A DNA stretch of 47,416 nucleotides from an uncultured bacterium (GCA_964548195.1 CAZJQC010000013.1:1-47416); one strand, 5' to 3'; shown: positions 37,179-45,982, counted from the stretch's first letter. Numbers and translations: made by a program. The notes: a model not told the origin generated them from the letters alone.

Positions 37179-37643
37179 ATGAAAATCGGTGAAGAACAGT
37201 CAAAACAGTTGGAAGAAGTGTTGTCGGAACTGATTTGGAAGACGTCTTCCAAAAGCGTCTTTCTTGTGGATATCAACGGTGAGTTGATCTCCGTTGCCGG
37301 GTTCACCGGCAACATCAACACGGTGGCGCTGGCGTCACTCTCCGCGAGCCATTTTGCGGCTACGGTGGCGTTGGCCAGATTGCTGAGCGAACAGCAGTTT
37401 ACGGTATTGTTCCATAAGGGACTTACCGAGAACATAGACATAAACAGAGTAGGGGACAAATTACTCCTGATCACGATATTCGGACAGAAGACGGTCATAG
37501 GTCACTTGAGGGAGGAGACCGAAAAGACCATACGGAAACTCGAAGAAGTCGTCAGTCAGGTACCGGAAGTGGCTGAGAAGCCGATTAAAAAGGTAAACAA
37601 CACTTTACGGGAGGAGATTAATAACCTGCTGAAAGATATGTAA
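37179..37643 (+). CDS. Second roadblock/LC7 protein (MglB paralogue)
   Basis: VFLVDINGELI, ALASLSASHFAAT..LARLL.E..FTVLFH.G; aligns by eye with 36076-36573. Confidence 0.85.
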   Translation: MKIGEEQSKQLEEVLSELIWKTSSKSVFLVDINGELISVAGFTGNINTVALASLSASHFAATVALARLLSEQQFTVLFHKGLTENIDINRVGDKLLLITIFGQKTVIGHLREETEKTIRKLEEVVSQVPEVAEKPIKKVNNTLREEINNLLKDM

Positions 37644-37654
37644 AGGGGGAATAC

Positions 37655-38719
37655 ATGTCACTGCAAGGAACGTTGTCGGATTTTTCCATTGCCGATCTGT
37701 TTCAGTTGCTGGGTCTGGGGCAGCGGACCGGGTGTCTGCGTCTGCAGAATTCCGGTGGAAACGGGGAAGTCTATTTCAGCGAAGGCTGGATCATTTACGC
37801 TAAATACGGACGTACGGAGTCCGAAGACGCCGTCTACAAGATGTTCAACTGGAGTGACGGACGCTTTGATTTTGATGTCGACGCGGTCCCTGCAAAGAAG
37901 ACCATGATGGTGGATTGGCAAAACCTTATACTCGAAGCCGCAAGAAGGACGGACGAGCTGTCGGAGATCAAGAAGACCATACCGGAGAACGACGCCATAC
38001 TGGTGCTTATAGAGGAAGACCAGGGCAATATAGACAATATAAAATTGAACAACGGCGATCTGAAAGTGCTGTCCCTGATAAACGGCAAAAGGACCGTGGA
38101 AGAGGTCATCGTAAAAACGGGGCTGGACAATGTGGAGGCGAGCAAAATAGTCGCGTCTCTTATCAAGGCGAACCTTGTGGACGTGAAGATGAGTGAAGAG
38201 GAAAAGGTGCAGAAATACAAGGACAAGATCGCCAGATCGGGCATCGATGTCGAGAAAAATAAAAATCTCTTCGGGAATGTGTTCAAGCGAAAGAAAAAAC
38301 GCAAATACGATATGGCCAACAGCGCCGCCGGCCTCATGATCGGCGCGATAAACCGCTATCTTGATTATTTGCTGCTGGACGATCCGGTCGTGCCCATACC
38401 CATGAAAGAAGTCACGGACAAGTTTGAAGAGCTTAAACTGATCTATCCTGATATGAACGGCATAGTCTTTTCATCCTACACGCAGAGGTTTAATTCGGAT
38501 CAGCTGGACTGGGATGAGACCATCGAGACCGGGGAGCCCGTGTTGAGAGGCCTTTCGGAGATACTGGAGTTCATCTTCGAGCTTGCCCGTCATGAGTCGG
38601 AGGGCGATGGTGCTCTTGAGAAATACCGTGAGACTTATGAGGATGTTGTGAGAGACGCGGGCAGGATGGAGCGCACTCAGGAAGCGGTTCTCGGATTAAA
38701 GAATCTGATCAAAAAATAG
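37655..38719 (+). CDS. DUF4388/PATAN-domain protein with a winged-helix-like segment and a helical C-terminal domain
   Basis: MSLQGTLSDFSIADLFQLL....RTG.L, G.VYF..G.IIYA, A...MFNW.DG.FDF, LILEAARR.DE; then VLSLINGKRTVEEV. Confidence 0.85.
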   Translation: MSLQGTLSDFSIADLFQLLGLGQRTGCLRLQNSGGNGEVYFSEGWIIYAKYGRTESEDAVYKMFNWSDGRFDFDVDAVPAKKTMMVDWQNLILEAARRTDELSEIKKTIPENDAILVLIEEDQGNIDNIKLNNGDLKVLSLINGKRTVEEVIVKTGLDNVEASKIVASLIKANLVDVKMSEEEKVQKYKDKIARSGIDVEKNKNLFGNVFKRKKKRKYDMANSAAGLMIGAINRYLDYLLLDDPVVPIPMKEVTDKFEELKLIYPDMNGIVFSSYTQRFNSDQLDWDETIETGEPVLRGLSEILEFIFELARHESEGDGALEKYRETYEDVVRDAGRMERTQEAVLGLKNLIKK

Positions 38720-38778
38720 TGAATATGTGTCTTTCGGCTGATATGCCGGACGCGCGCGGGTCCGTGCGCGTCACGGAC

Positions 38779-38809
38779 AAAAAAAAGGAAGCTTCCGCTT
38801 CCTTTTTTT
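38779..38809. terminator. Bidirectional intrinsic terminator between the mgl module and rpsT
   Basis: A8-GGAAGC-TTCC-GCTTCC-T7. Confidence 0.85.
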
Positions 38810-38842
38810 ATATCTGAGTTTTTTTGAAAAAGATATGTAAGA

Positions 38843-39097
38843 TCAGCCCAATGACTTGACGTATTTGCTGAGTCTTGATTTGTCTCTGGCTACTTTGTTT
38901 TTGTGCAGGATCTTCTTGCCGGCGACGGTGTCGGCGATCTTATAGAACTGCTGAAGCAGCGCTGTGGCTTCCTCTTTTTGTGTGGCTGTCAGCACTTTTT
39001 TCTTCGCTGTCTTTACCTGAGATTTATAAGCCCTGTTGCGAAGACGGAGCTCTATATCCTTTTTCATTCTTTTTTTCTGTTGTTTGATATGCGGCAT
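38843..39097 (-). CDS. rpsT: 30S ribosomal protein S20
   Basis: MPHIK..KKR.....LRLRNRAYKS.VKTA.KK..., ILHKNKVAR.KSRL. Confidence 0.95.
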   Translation of the reverse strand: MPHIKQQKKRMKKDIELRLRNRAYKSQVKTAKKKVLTATQKEEATALLQQFYKIADTVAGKKILHKNKVARDKSRLSKYVKSLG

Positions 39098-39127
39098 TTC
39101 ACCCTCCTTTAAACCTTTTGCTTAGGA

Positions 39128-39204
39128 AAGCTAACAGAAAAGAAATACTATGTCAAGCCAAAACTAAGATATACGGTTGACATGTGCTGAAAATTTACTA
39201 TTAT
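39128..39204. promoter_or_regulatory. Divergent sigma70 promoters (rpsT; lipoprotein-rpsF operon)
   Basis: Minus: TTGACA(39156-39151)-17nt-TAGCTT with TGn. Plus: TTGACA(39177-39182)-16nt-TATTAT. Confidence 0.65.
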
Positions 39205-39221
39205 AAACACGGAGGTACGAG

Positions 39222-39521
39222 ATGAGACATACGGTGTTTTTTCTGATGGTATTGGCACTTCTGTCCGCCTGCCGTTCGGACAAGACGGTCAGCGAGACAG
39301 ACAGATACTTTGCCGTTTACGAAAAGATAGCCGCATTCACGTACGTTTCGGCCGAAAAGGACGAAAATGCCGTCATGGACGGCATAAACGGGATCCTGGC
39401 CGAACATGGTTTTGATATGGAAGAGTTCAAGGCTCTCGGAGACAAGCTCTTTAAGGAGGACTCCGGGAAGTTTCTTGACAGGATCGGCCGGATCAACGAT
39501 AAACTGACCGGCGGAAAATGA
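39222..39521 (+). CDS. Small hypothetical lipoprotein
   Basis: GGAGG RBS; signal peptide ending in lipobox LSA-C (MRHTVFFLMVLALLSAC). Confidence 0.75.
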   Translation: MRHTVFFLMVLALLSACRSDKTVSETDRYFAVYEKIAAFTYVSAEKDENAVMDGINGILAEHGFDMEEFKALGDKLFKEDSGKFLDRIGRINDKLTGGK

Positions 39522-39527
39522 TCCTGA

Positions 39528-39573
39528 TCCCTGTTCCGTGCTTTGACGCGGGACTTTTAGCCGAAGGGAGGTG
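39528..39573 (+). ncRNA. rpsF leader (S6:S18-binding ribosomal leader)
   Basis: Outer stem TCCCT/AGGGA sequestering the SD (GGGAGGTG), inner stem GTTCCGTG/CGCGGGAC, and an unpaired CCG (39561-39563) on the 3' side, matching the described S6:S18 motif. Confidence 0.75.
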
Positions 39574-39578
39574 CATTG

Positions 39579-39866
39579 ATGAGAATCTATGAAGGAGTCA
39601 TTCTGACCCGTTCTGCTCTTGACAATGAACAGCGCGATTCTCTCATTCAGAAACTTGAGGGCATTATCACCGAGAAAAGCGGTAAGATGCTCAAGAAGGA
39701 TGAATGGGGAAGAAAAAGGCTGGCCTATTTGATCAAGAAGGAATCCGATGCCTATTACACTTACATGGAGTTCACGGCCGACACGGCCATATTGGACGAG
39801 ATGACAAGGATAATGAGCATTGACGAATCTTTCCTGAGACATATGTTCGTTAAAAAGGAAGACTGA
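39579..39866 (+). CDS. rpsF: 30S ribosomal protein S6
   Basis: MRIYE...I, DEWGRKRLAY.IKK...AYY, LRHM.VK. Confidence 0.96.
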   Translation: MRIYEGVILTRSALDNEQRDSLIQKLEGIITEKSGKMLKKDEWGRKRLAYLIKKESDAYYTYMEFTADTAILDEMTRIMSIDESFLRHMFVKKED

Positions 39867-39867
39867 C

Positions 39868-40317
39868 ATGGCTGTGTCGATGAACAAGGTCATCATCGCG
39901 GGCAATCTCGCCAGGGACCCGGAGTTGAAATATACGAATTCCGGCAAAGCTGTGGCGAATTTTACCGTGGCGGTAAATGACTATCATTCCCAGAACGCGT
40001 CTTTTTTCAGGGTCGTGGTATGGGAAAAGTCGGCGGAAAACTGCAATCAGTATCTGTCCAAGGGAAGTCCGGTGCTTGTGGAAGGCCGTCTGCAGAGCCG
40101 TTCGTATGAAGTGAACGGCGAAAAACGCAGTTCTGTGGAGATCGTAGCCCAGAACGTACAATTTCTCTCCGGAGGTTCAAGAGACGGTTCCGGAGATAAC
40201 GGCGGTTCGTACAGACGCGAGGACAAGACGGATATGGAGCGGGAAGTCAAGCGGAAGGTCGAATCCGGGGATGAGTTTTATAATGAAAACCCCGAAGACG
40301 ACGACATTCCGTTTTAA
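39868..40317 (+). CDS. ssb: Single-stranded DNA-binding protein
   Basis: MNKVII.GNL.RDPELKYT.SG.AVANF, KG..VLVEGRLQSRSY, C-terminal DDDIPF. Confidence 0.97.
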   Translation: MAVSMNKVIIAGNLARDPELKYTNSGKAVANFTVAVNDYHSQNASFFRVVVWEKSAENCNQYLSKGSPVLVEGRLQSRSYEVNGEKRSSVEIVAQNVQFLSGGSRDGSGDNGGSYRREDKTDMEREVKRKVESGDEFYNENPEDDDIPF

Positions 40318-40328
40318 GAGGAGGCGAA

Positions 40329-40592
40329 ATGGTTGACAATAAAAAGAGGTTCTTCAGAAGAAGAAAATATTGCAGGCTTTGCTCCGGTGAGATCAAGGAG
40401 AAGGATGTTAATTACAAAAACATAGATGTCCTTAAGAACTTCATCACCGAGCGGGGCAAGATCTCTTCCAGAAGCAGATCGGGCGCCTGTGCGAAACATC
40501 AGAGGCTGGTCGCCAGAGAAGTCAAACGCGCCAGGATGATCGCATTGCTGCCCTTCAAGGTCGAGTTCTACAGAAGCAGCAGAAGATCGTGA
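40329..40592 (+). CDS. rpsR: 30S ribosomal protein S18 (Zn-binding form)
   Basis: RRRKYCRLC, YKNIDVL..FITERGKI, GACAKHQR, KRAR..ALLPF. Confidence 0.97.
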   Translation: MVDNKKRFFRRRKYCRLCSGEIKEKDVNYKNIDVLKNFITERGKISSRSRSGACAKHQRLVAREVKRARMIALLPFKVEFYRSSRRS

Positions 40593-40606
40593 GCGGGGTG
40601 ATTTGA

Positions 40607-41059
40607 ATGAAGATAGTACTGAAGACAAATGTCCCTAAACTGGGAGAAGTCGGAGAGATCGTCAAGGTAAAAGACGGATATGCCCGTAATTACCTTATCC
40701 CTCAGGGGTTCGCGGTCCCGTATAACAAGGCTACCAAGAAAACAGTGGAGAATCTGATGAAGCTTCAGAAGGCCAAAGTCAACAGGCAGGAGAAGCAGTA
40801 TCAGGATGTTCTTGACAAAGTCAAGGGCGTTAACGTGGTGATCAGGAAAAAGGCCGGCGAGAACGGCAAGCTTTTCGGGTCGGTGACCTCCGCGGATATT
40901 ATTGAGGCTTTGAAAGCGCAGGAGATAGAAGTGGACAAAAAATATCTCGTGGTCATGGATCATATCAATAATGTCGGCGAGTATGACTGCAGCGTCAAAT
41001 TTGCCCAGGGCTTTGATGCCCCCTTCAAGGTAGTTGTTGAAAACGAAACAGAGGAATGA
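40607..41059 (+). CDS. rplI: 50S ribosomal protein L9
   Basis: MKIVL..V.KLG..GEIVKVKDGYARNYLIPQG.A, AGENGKLFGSVT. Confidence 0.97.
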   Translation: MKIVLKTNVPKLGEVGEIVKVKDGYARNYLIPQGFAVPYNKATKKTVENLMKLQKAKVNRQEKQYQDVLDKVKGVNVVIRKKAGENGKLFGSVTSADIIEALKAQEIEVDKKYLVVMDHINNVGEYDCSVKFAQGFDAPFKVVVENETEE

Positions 41060-41077
41060 CTGAACGGAGCTTGATCT

Positions 41078-42496
41078 ATGGACAAGGAAATCCGGCTCAA
41101 CGGCAAGTCGATTTCTCTTGAGCTTTATGACAGTGAGTCTGAGGGCGCCCTGCTGGGCGCCCTTCTGATCGACAATAAACTGATTCCGCATGTACTGGAA
41201 GAGCTTGGGGAGAATATAGAGATATTCCATCACCGCCCCAATCAGCTTATATATGCCGCCATTATTGAGATCTTTAAATCCGATGTAAACAAGGCTATCG
41301 ACCCCATACTGCTTAAGGACTATCTGGGCAGCCGGGCTGTCACGCCCGAGGGCACCGAACTAAAAAACGGGCGCACTTTGCTGGACCTGGCGGGCGGGTT
41401 TGAATACATCGGCGAGATCTGGGAAAAGAGTTCGGCGTTTATCAACCATGCCGGCTACATAAACATAATCAGGGAGAAATTTGTATTACGCAGGCTTATC
41501 GCCGCGCTTGGCGAGATATATAACGACACACTGACTCAATCTTATGACATAGACCGTGTGCTTGAGATGGCGGAGACGCGCATATTCGACATCGTTCAGG
41601 GCAAAAAGGTCAAAAAATCATTTTCGTCCATGAAGGACATCATCGAAAAACAGGTGGAATACATAGAGAATATCAAGAAGACCGGGGGCGTTGACGATGA
41701 GACCATACGCACGGGCTATGAGCTTGTGGATGAGATCACCGGCGGCTTCAAGCCGGGGCAGTTGATAATAATAGCCGCCCGGCCCGGAATGGGGAAGACG
41801 GCGTTCGCCCTCAACATAGCCCGCAATGTGGCAAAGACCACCGGACGTGGCGTGGCATTTTTCAGCCTTGAGATGTCGGAGGATGAGATAGCGCGGAGAT
41901 TTATATTCATGCAGTCCAAAGTCCGGGGGCATGAGGCGATGAAGGGTTATATCACGCATGATGATTTTAAAAAGGTACACAGGGCGGCCGCGGAGCTTGT
42001 CGAGTACCCCATATTCATAGATGACACGGCGGGCATCACCCCTCTTCAGATGAAGGCCAAGATGAGGCGGCTTTTCGCGCAGAGGGAATACGGGCTTGTC
42101 ATAGTGGATTATCTTCAGCTTATGAACACCGCGGAGCAGTTTGAAAGCATGAACACGAAGATAACCGTCATATCCAGGATGCTCAAGGAGATAGCCAAAG
42201 AGTTCGGCGTCCCTGTGATCGCTCTTTCACAGCTTTCAAGAAGCGTGGAGCGCCGGGACAAGAAAAAACCCATGCTCTCGGATCTCAGGGAATCGGGATC
42301 CATCGAGCAGGATGCCGATATGGTCATGTTTCTCTACCGTGAGGAGTATTATTCGGAATCGGGCTCCGACGCCGCTGACAATTCAATAGAGATAAACATA
42401 GCAAAGAACAGAAACGGCCCCATAGGCAACAAGAAGCTTGTCTTCCTTAAGGAATACGGGCGATTCGAAAATCTCTCGGCGCGGGAAGGGAACTGA
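41078..42496 (+). CDS. dnaB: Replicative DNA helicase
   Basis: ESE.ALLGALL, IIAARPGMGKTAFALN, FSLEM, VDYLQLM, LSQLSR.VE.R, LSDLRESGSIEQDAD, IAKNRNGP. No intein seen. Confidence 0.97.
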   Translation: MDKEIRLNGKSISLELYDSESEGALLGALLIDNKLIPHVLEELGENIEIFHHRPNQLIYAAIIEIFKSDVNKAIDPILLKDYLGSRAVTPEGTELKNGRTLLDLAGGFEYIGEIWEKSSAFINHAGYINIIREKFVLRRLIAALGEIYNDTLTQSYDIDRVLEMAETRIFDIVQGKKVKKSFSSMKDIIEKQVEYIENIKKTGGVDDETIRTGYELVDEITGGFKPGQLIIIAARPGMGKTAFALNIARNVAKTTGRGVAFFSLEMSEDEIARRFIFMQSKVRGHEAMKGYITHDDFKKVHRAAAELVEYPIFIDDTAGITPLQMKAKMRRLFAQREYGLVIVDYLQLMNTAEQFESMNTKITVISRMLKEIAKEFGVPVIALSQLSRSVERRDKKKPMLSDLRESGSIEQDADMVMFLYREEYYSESGSDAADNSIEINIAKNRNGPIGNKKLVFLKEYGRFENLSAREGN

Positions 42497-43344
42497 TGTT
42501 TTGCAGAAGCGTTAGTTTTGTCAAGGTCCGGGATGAAGCCGAGAAGCTCATATTGCGGGCGAGTTTCAATATAAGCGGGGATGTGACCGACAAGCTCAGG
42601 CGTTGCGCCGGCGCTCCGGACACCCGTTCGTTCAGGATAATATCAGACATACTTGAGAACGCCCGTATCGCCGCGGAGGAGATGATACCGCCTTGCCAGG
42701 ATACCGGGATAGGCGTTTTTTTTGTAAATATAGGCGACAAGGTCGTCATTGAGGGCGGCACGGTGCGTGACGCCATAAACGAGGCGGTGAGGAAAGTATA
42801 CCGGGACCGGTATCTTCGAAAATCGGTGGTGGGGCATCCTCTGGAGAGGGTAAACACGGGCGACAATACGCCGGCGGTAATACATTTCGAACAGTCTCCG
42901 GGCGAGGACATCGTCATGGATTTTTTGGCGAAGGGGGCCGGCAGCGAAAACATGAGCGTTTTGAAGATGTTTTCTCCTTCCGCCGGCCGGGAGGATATTG
43001 TCAGTTATGTGGTCGACGCGGTGAGGACTGCCGGCCCGAACCCGTGTCCGCCCGTGATACTGGGCATCGGCATAGGCGGCACTTTTGAATTGGCTCCCTA
43101 TATGGCGAAAAAGGCATTGTTAAGGAAAATCGGGGAAAGAAATCCAGACCCGGCTGTCGCTGAGCTCGAGGAGTCTATTACCGCAGCCGTGAACACCCTT
43201 TCCGGAGTAGGCGTTCAGGGGCTGGGCGAGGGCGTCACGGCGCTGGATACCTTTATAGAGACATACCCTTGCCATATCGCAAGTCTGCCCGTGGCGGTCA
43301 ATTTCAACTGCCATTCGTCCAGACACGCGGGGGTGACGATATGA
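42496..43344 (+). CDS. Fe-S hydro-lyase alpha subunit (class I fumarase / tartrate dehydratase family)
   Basis: PPCQDTG, LRKSVV..P..R.NTGDNTPA, KGAGSEN, NPCPP..GIGIGG, G.QGLG, CHIASLPVAVN.NCH..RH. Confidence 0.92.
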   Translation: MFCRSVSFVKVRDEAEKLILRASFNISGDVTDKLRRCAGAPDTRSFRIISDILENARIAAEEMIPPCQDTGIGVFFVNIGDKVVIEGGTVRDAINEAVRKVYRDRYLRKSVVGHPLERVNTGDNTPAVIHFEQSPGEDIVMDFLAKGAGSENMSVLKMFSPSAGREDIVSYVVDAVRTAGPNPCPPVILGIGIGGTFELAPYMAKKALLRKIGERNPDPAVAELEESITAAVNTLSGVGVQGLGEGVTALDTFIETYPCHIASLPVAVNFNCHSSRHAGVTI

Positions 43345-43865
43345 TAGAGATAGACCTGGATATTGACCGCGGACGTTTTCTGGATCTGAGGACCGGTGAC
43401 GAAGTACTGCTCACGGGGACGGTGTATACTGCCAGGGACGCGGCTCACGCGAAGATCGCGGAAGCTCTCCGCGGCGGCGGCGAACCCCCTTTTCCGCTTA
43501 AGGGTGCCGTGATCTTTTATGCGGGCCCGGTGCCGAAAAGGCCGGACGCGTCCACCGCCGCGGTGGGGCCCACGACGAGCTATCGCATGGACCCGTTTAC
43601 TCCCGGTTTATTGGCGGCAGGTGTGCGCGCCACCATAGGAAAGGGCCGTCGAAGCGCGGCCGTGGCGGATGCCTGCAGAGAAAACGGAGCCGTGTATTTG
43701 ATCGCCGTGGGGGGCATAGCTGCTTTGTTGTCCAAACGAGTAAAAAAGATCGAAGTGTTCGCTTATCCGGAACTGGGGCCCGAGGCCGTGCATCGTCTGG
43801 TGTTCGACCGGTTCCCCTGCATAGTCGCTGTCGATTCCGAGGGAAACGACATATACGGAATATAG
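43341..43865 (+). CDS. Fe-S hydro-lyase beta subunit (class I fumarase family)
   Basis: GD.V.LTG..YTARDAAH, IFYAGP, GPTTS.RMD, IGKG, ELGPEAV, FP.IVA.DS.GN. ATGA overlap with alpha. Confidence 0.92.
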   Translation: MIEIDLDIDRGRFLDLRTGDEVLLTGTVYTARDAAHAKIAEALRGGGEPPFPLKGAVIFYAGPVPKRPDASTAAVGPTTSYRMDPFTPGLLAAGVRATIGKGRRSAAVADACRENGAVYLIAVGGIAALLSKRVKKIEVFAYPELGPEAVHRLVFDRFPCIVAVDSEGNDIYGI

Positions 43866-43877
43866 GAGGAAAGTCAG

Positions 43878-45041
43878 ATGAAACTGTTGGAATATCAGGC
43901 TAAAAACATATTGAGTGAATACGGCATACCCGTTCCGCGCGGCGTATTGCTTAAGGGGCTTTCCGAGATCGAGAATGTCGTGGCCAGACTCGGCGGAAGG
44001 GTGGTCGTAAAGGCGCAGGTGCTTGCCGGCGGCAGGGGCAAGTCGGGCGGCGTCCTGACCGCGGAAGGTTGTGAAGCGGCGAGAAAAGCCGCCTCCGGAC
44101 TCCTGGGGGAAAGACTTGTCACCTATCAGACAAATGCCGCGGGTGAGATGGTCAATTCCGTCCTCATAGAGGAGCAGGTTGATATACAGCGCGAGATATA
44201 TTTCGGCATCACCTATGACAGGGAGACACAGCGTCCCGTGCTGATGATATCGGAAGAGGGCGGAGTCGAGATCGAAGAGATCGCCGTGAAAAACCCCGGG
44301 AAGATAATCAAGGTGTGGCCGGACCCGCTTACAGGGCTGCAGGACCATCATGTCAGGGCGCTTTTCAAACCGCTCGGCCTCAGCAAATCCCTTTTCGGGG
44401 AGTTTATGTCCTTTGTGAAAAAGCTTTACGCCATATATATGGAAAAAGATGCAGCCATGGTGGAGATCAACCCTATGATCATAGCCTCCGGCAAGGGGTT
44501 CATGGCCCTGGATGCCAAGGTGATCATCGATGACAACGCCTTGTTCAGATGCCCCGCCCTTGTGGAGATTAGAAAGGTCCCCGACGATGAAAAGCAGGAG
44601 GTGGACGCCCGGGAAAAGGGGCTGAGCTTTGTCAGTCTTGACGGCGATGTGGCATGCATGGTCAACGGCGCGGGCCTTGCCATGGCGACCATGGACATCA
44701 TAAAGCATTACGGCATGGAGCCCGCCAACTTCCTTGATATCGGAGGCTCTTCAAATCCGCAGAAAGTGATAGAGGCTTTGGATATAATCATGAAAAACCC
44801 GAAGATCAAGTTGATATTCATAAATGTGTTCGGCGGCATCACCAGATGCGACGACGTCGCGAACGGTTTTAAGAAGGCATTGAAAGAAAGGCCGATCGAC
44901 ATACCCATGGTCATCAGGCTCACCGGCACCAATGAGGAAGAAGGACGCAAAATACTGGAAGAGATCGGATACGGCACATATACCGGCCTTGAGGAATCCA
45001 TAATAAGGCTGTCGGAGACTTACAAGGCTTTGAAGAGATAG
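43878..45041 (+). CDS. sucC: Succinyl-CoA ligase (ADP-forming) beta subunit
   Basis: [74 protein letters not shown]. Confidence 0.95.
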   Translation: MKLLEYQAKNILSEYGIPVPRGVLLKGLSEIENVVARLGGRVVVKAQVLAGGRGKSGGVLTAEGCEAARKAASGLLGERLVTYQTNAAGEMVNSVLIEEQVDIQREIYFGITYDRETQRPVLMISEEGGVEIEEIAVKNPGKIIKVWPDPLTGLQDHHVRALFKPLGLSKSLFGEFMSFVKKLYAIYMEKDAAMVEINPMIIASGKGFMALDAKVIIDDNALFRCPALVEIRKVPDDEKQEVDAREKGLSFVSLDGDVACMVNGAGLAMATMDIIKHYGMEPANFLDIGGSSNPQKVIEALDIIMKNPKIKLIFINVFGGITRCDDVANGFKKALKERPIDIPMVIRLTGTNEEEGRKILEEIGYGTYTGLEESIIRLSETYKALKR

Positions 45042-45049
45042 GAGTAGCT

Positions 45050-45916
45050 ATGTCGATTTTCATAAACAGTGAGACCAAGGTGATAGTCCAGGGGATAACG
45101 GGAAGGGACGGTTCCTTTCACACGGGAAAGATGATCGAGTACGGCACCGACATCGTCGGGGGAGTGACGCCTTTTAAGGGCGGGCAGTCCGTGCACGGCG
45201 TTCCCGTGTTCGACTCCGTACTGGAGGCCGTGGAAAGCACCGGGGCCGACACCTCCATCATATACATACCGCCCATGTTCGCGGCAGGCTCCATAATAGA
45301 GGCCGCCGAAGCGGGCCTGAAAAACATCATATGCATAACAGAGGGGATACCGGTCACTGACATGATGAAGGTAATGTCGTTTTTAAAGGGCATGGATGTC
45401 AGGCTTTTCGGGCCCAACTGCCCGGGCGTCATCACGCCGGGCGAGACAAAGATCGGCATAATGCCCGGCCATATATTCATGCCGGGAAACATCGGCGTGA
45501 TATCCAGGAGCGGCACCCTTACATATGAAGTGGTGCATAATCTCACGTCTAACGGCATGGGACAGTCGACGGTCATAGGCATAGGCGGGGATCCCATAAT
45601 AGGAACAAAATTCACGGATTGCCTTGAAGCTTTTAATGCCGACAGCGCCACCGAAGGTGTGGTGGTGATAGGTGAGATAGGCGGAAGCGACGAGGAATAC
45701 GCTGCGGAATACATCAAAGATCATATGGACAAACCTGTGGTCGCTTTCATAGCCGGCAAGACCGCTCCCAAAGGGAAGCGCATGGGGCATGCAGGCGCCA
45801 TAATACACGCCGGCAAGGGTTCCGCGGACGTCAAAGTGCGTATGTTCAGAGAAGCCGGCGCCGAAGTCGTCGACCTGCCGACGCAAATAGCCGATGCCAT
45901 GAAAAACCTGTTATAA
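45050..45916 (+). CDS. sucD: Succinyl-CoA ligase alpha subunit
   Basis: [49 protein letters not shown] (phospho-His). Confidence 0.96.
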   Translation: MSIFINSETKVIVQGITGRDGSFHTGKMIEYGTDIVGGVTPFKGGQSVHGVPVFDSVLEAVESTGADTSIIYIPPMFAAGSIIEAAEAGLKNIICITEGIPVTDMMKVMSFLKGMDVRLFGPNCPGVITPGETKIGIMPGHIFMPGNIGVISRSGTLTYEVVHNLTSNGMGQSTVIGIGGDPIIGTKFTDCLEAFNADSATEGVVVIGEIGGSDEEYAAEYIKDHMDKPVVAFIAGKTAPKGKRMGHAGAIIHAGKGSADVKVRMFREAGAEVVDLPTQIADAMKNLL

Positions 45917-45949
45917 AAAGCTTTACATAAGAAGGCTGACTATTATAAT
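45911..45949 (+). promoter_or_regulatory. Candidate kor promoter overlapped by a Rex-like box
   Basis: TTTACA(45922-45927)-16nt-TATAAT(45944-45949); TTATAAA-AAGC-TTTACAT at 45911-45928. Confidence 0.45.
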
Positions 45950-45982
45950 TGCCGTGGAAACCGGTTTAACAAGGAGGACGAT

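Noticed and set aside
41078..42496. Intein or large insertion in DnaB
   Set aside because: The length (472 aa) is normal and the motifs are contiguous; only a short N-terminal-domain loop insertion (around AVTPEGTELKNG) is apparent.
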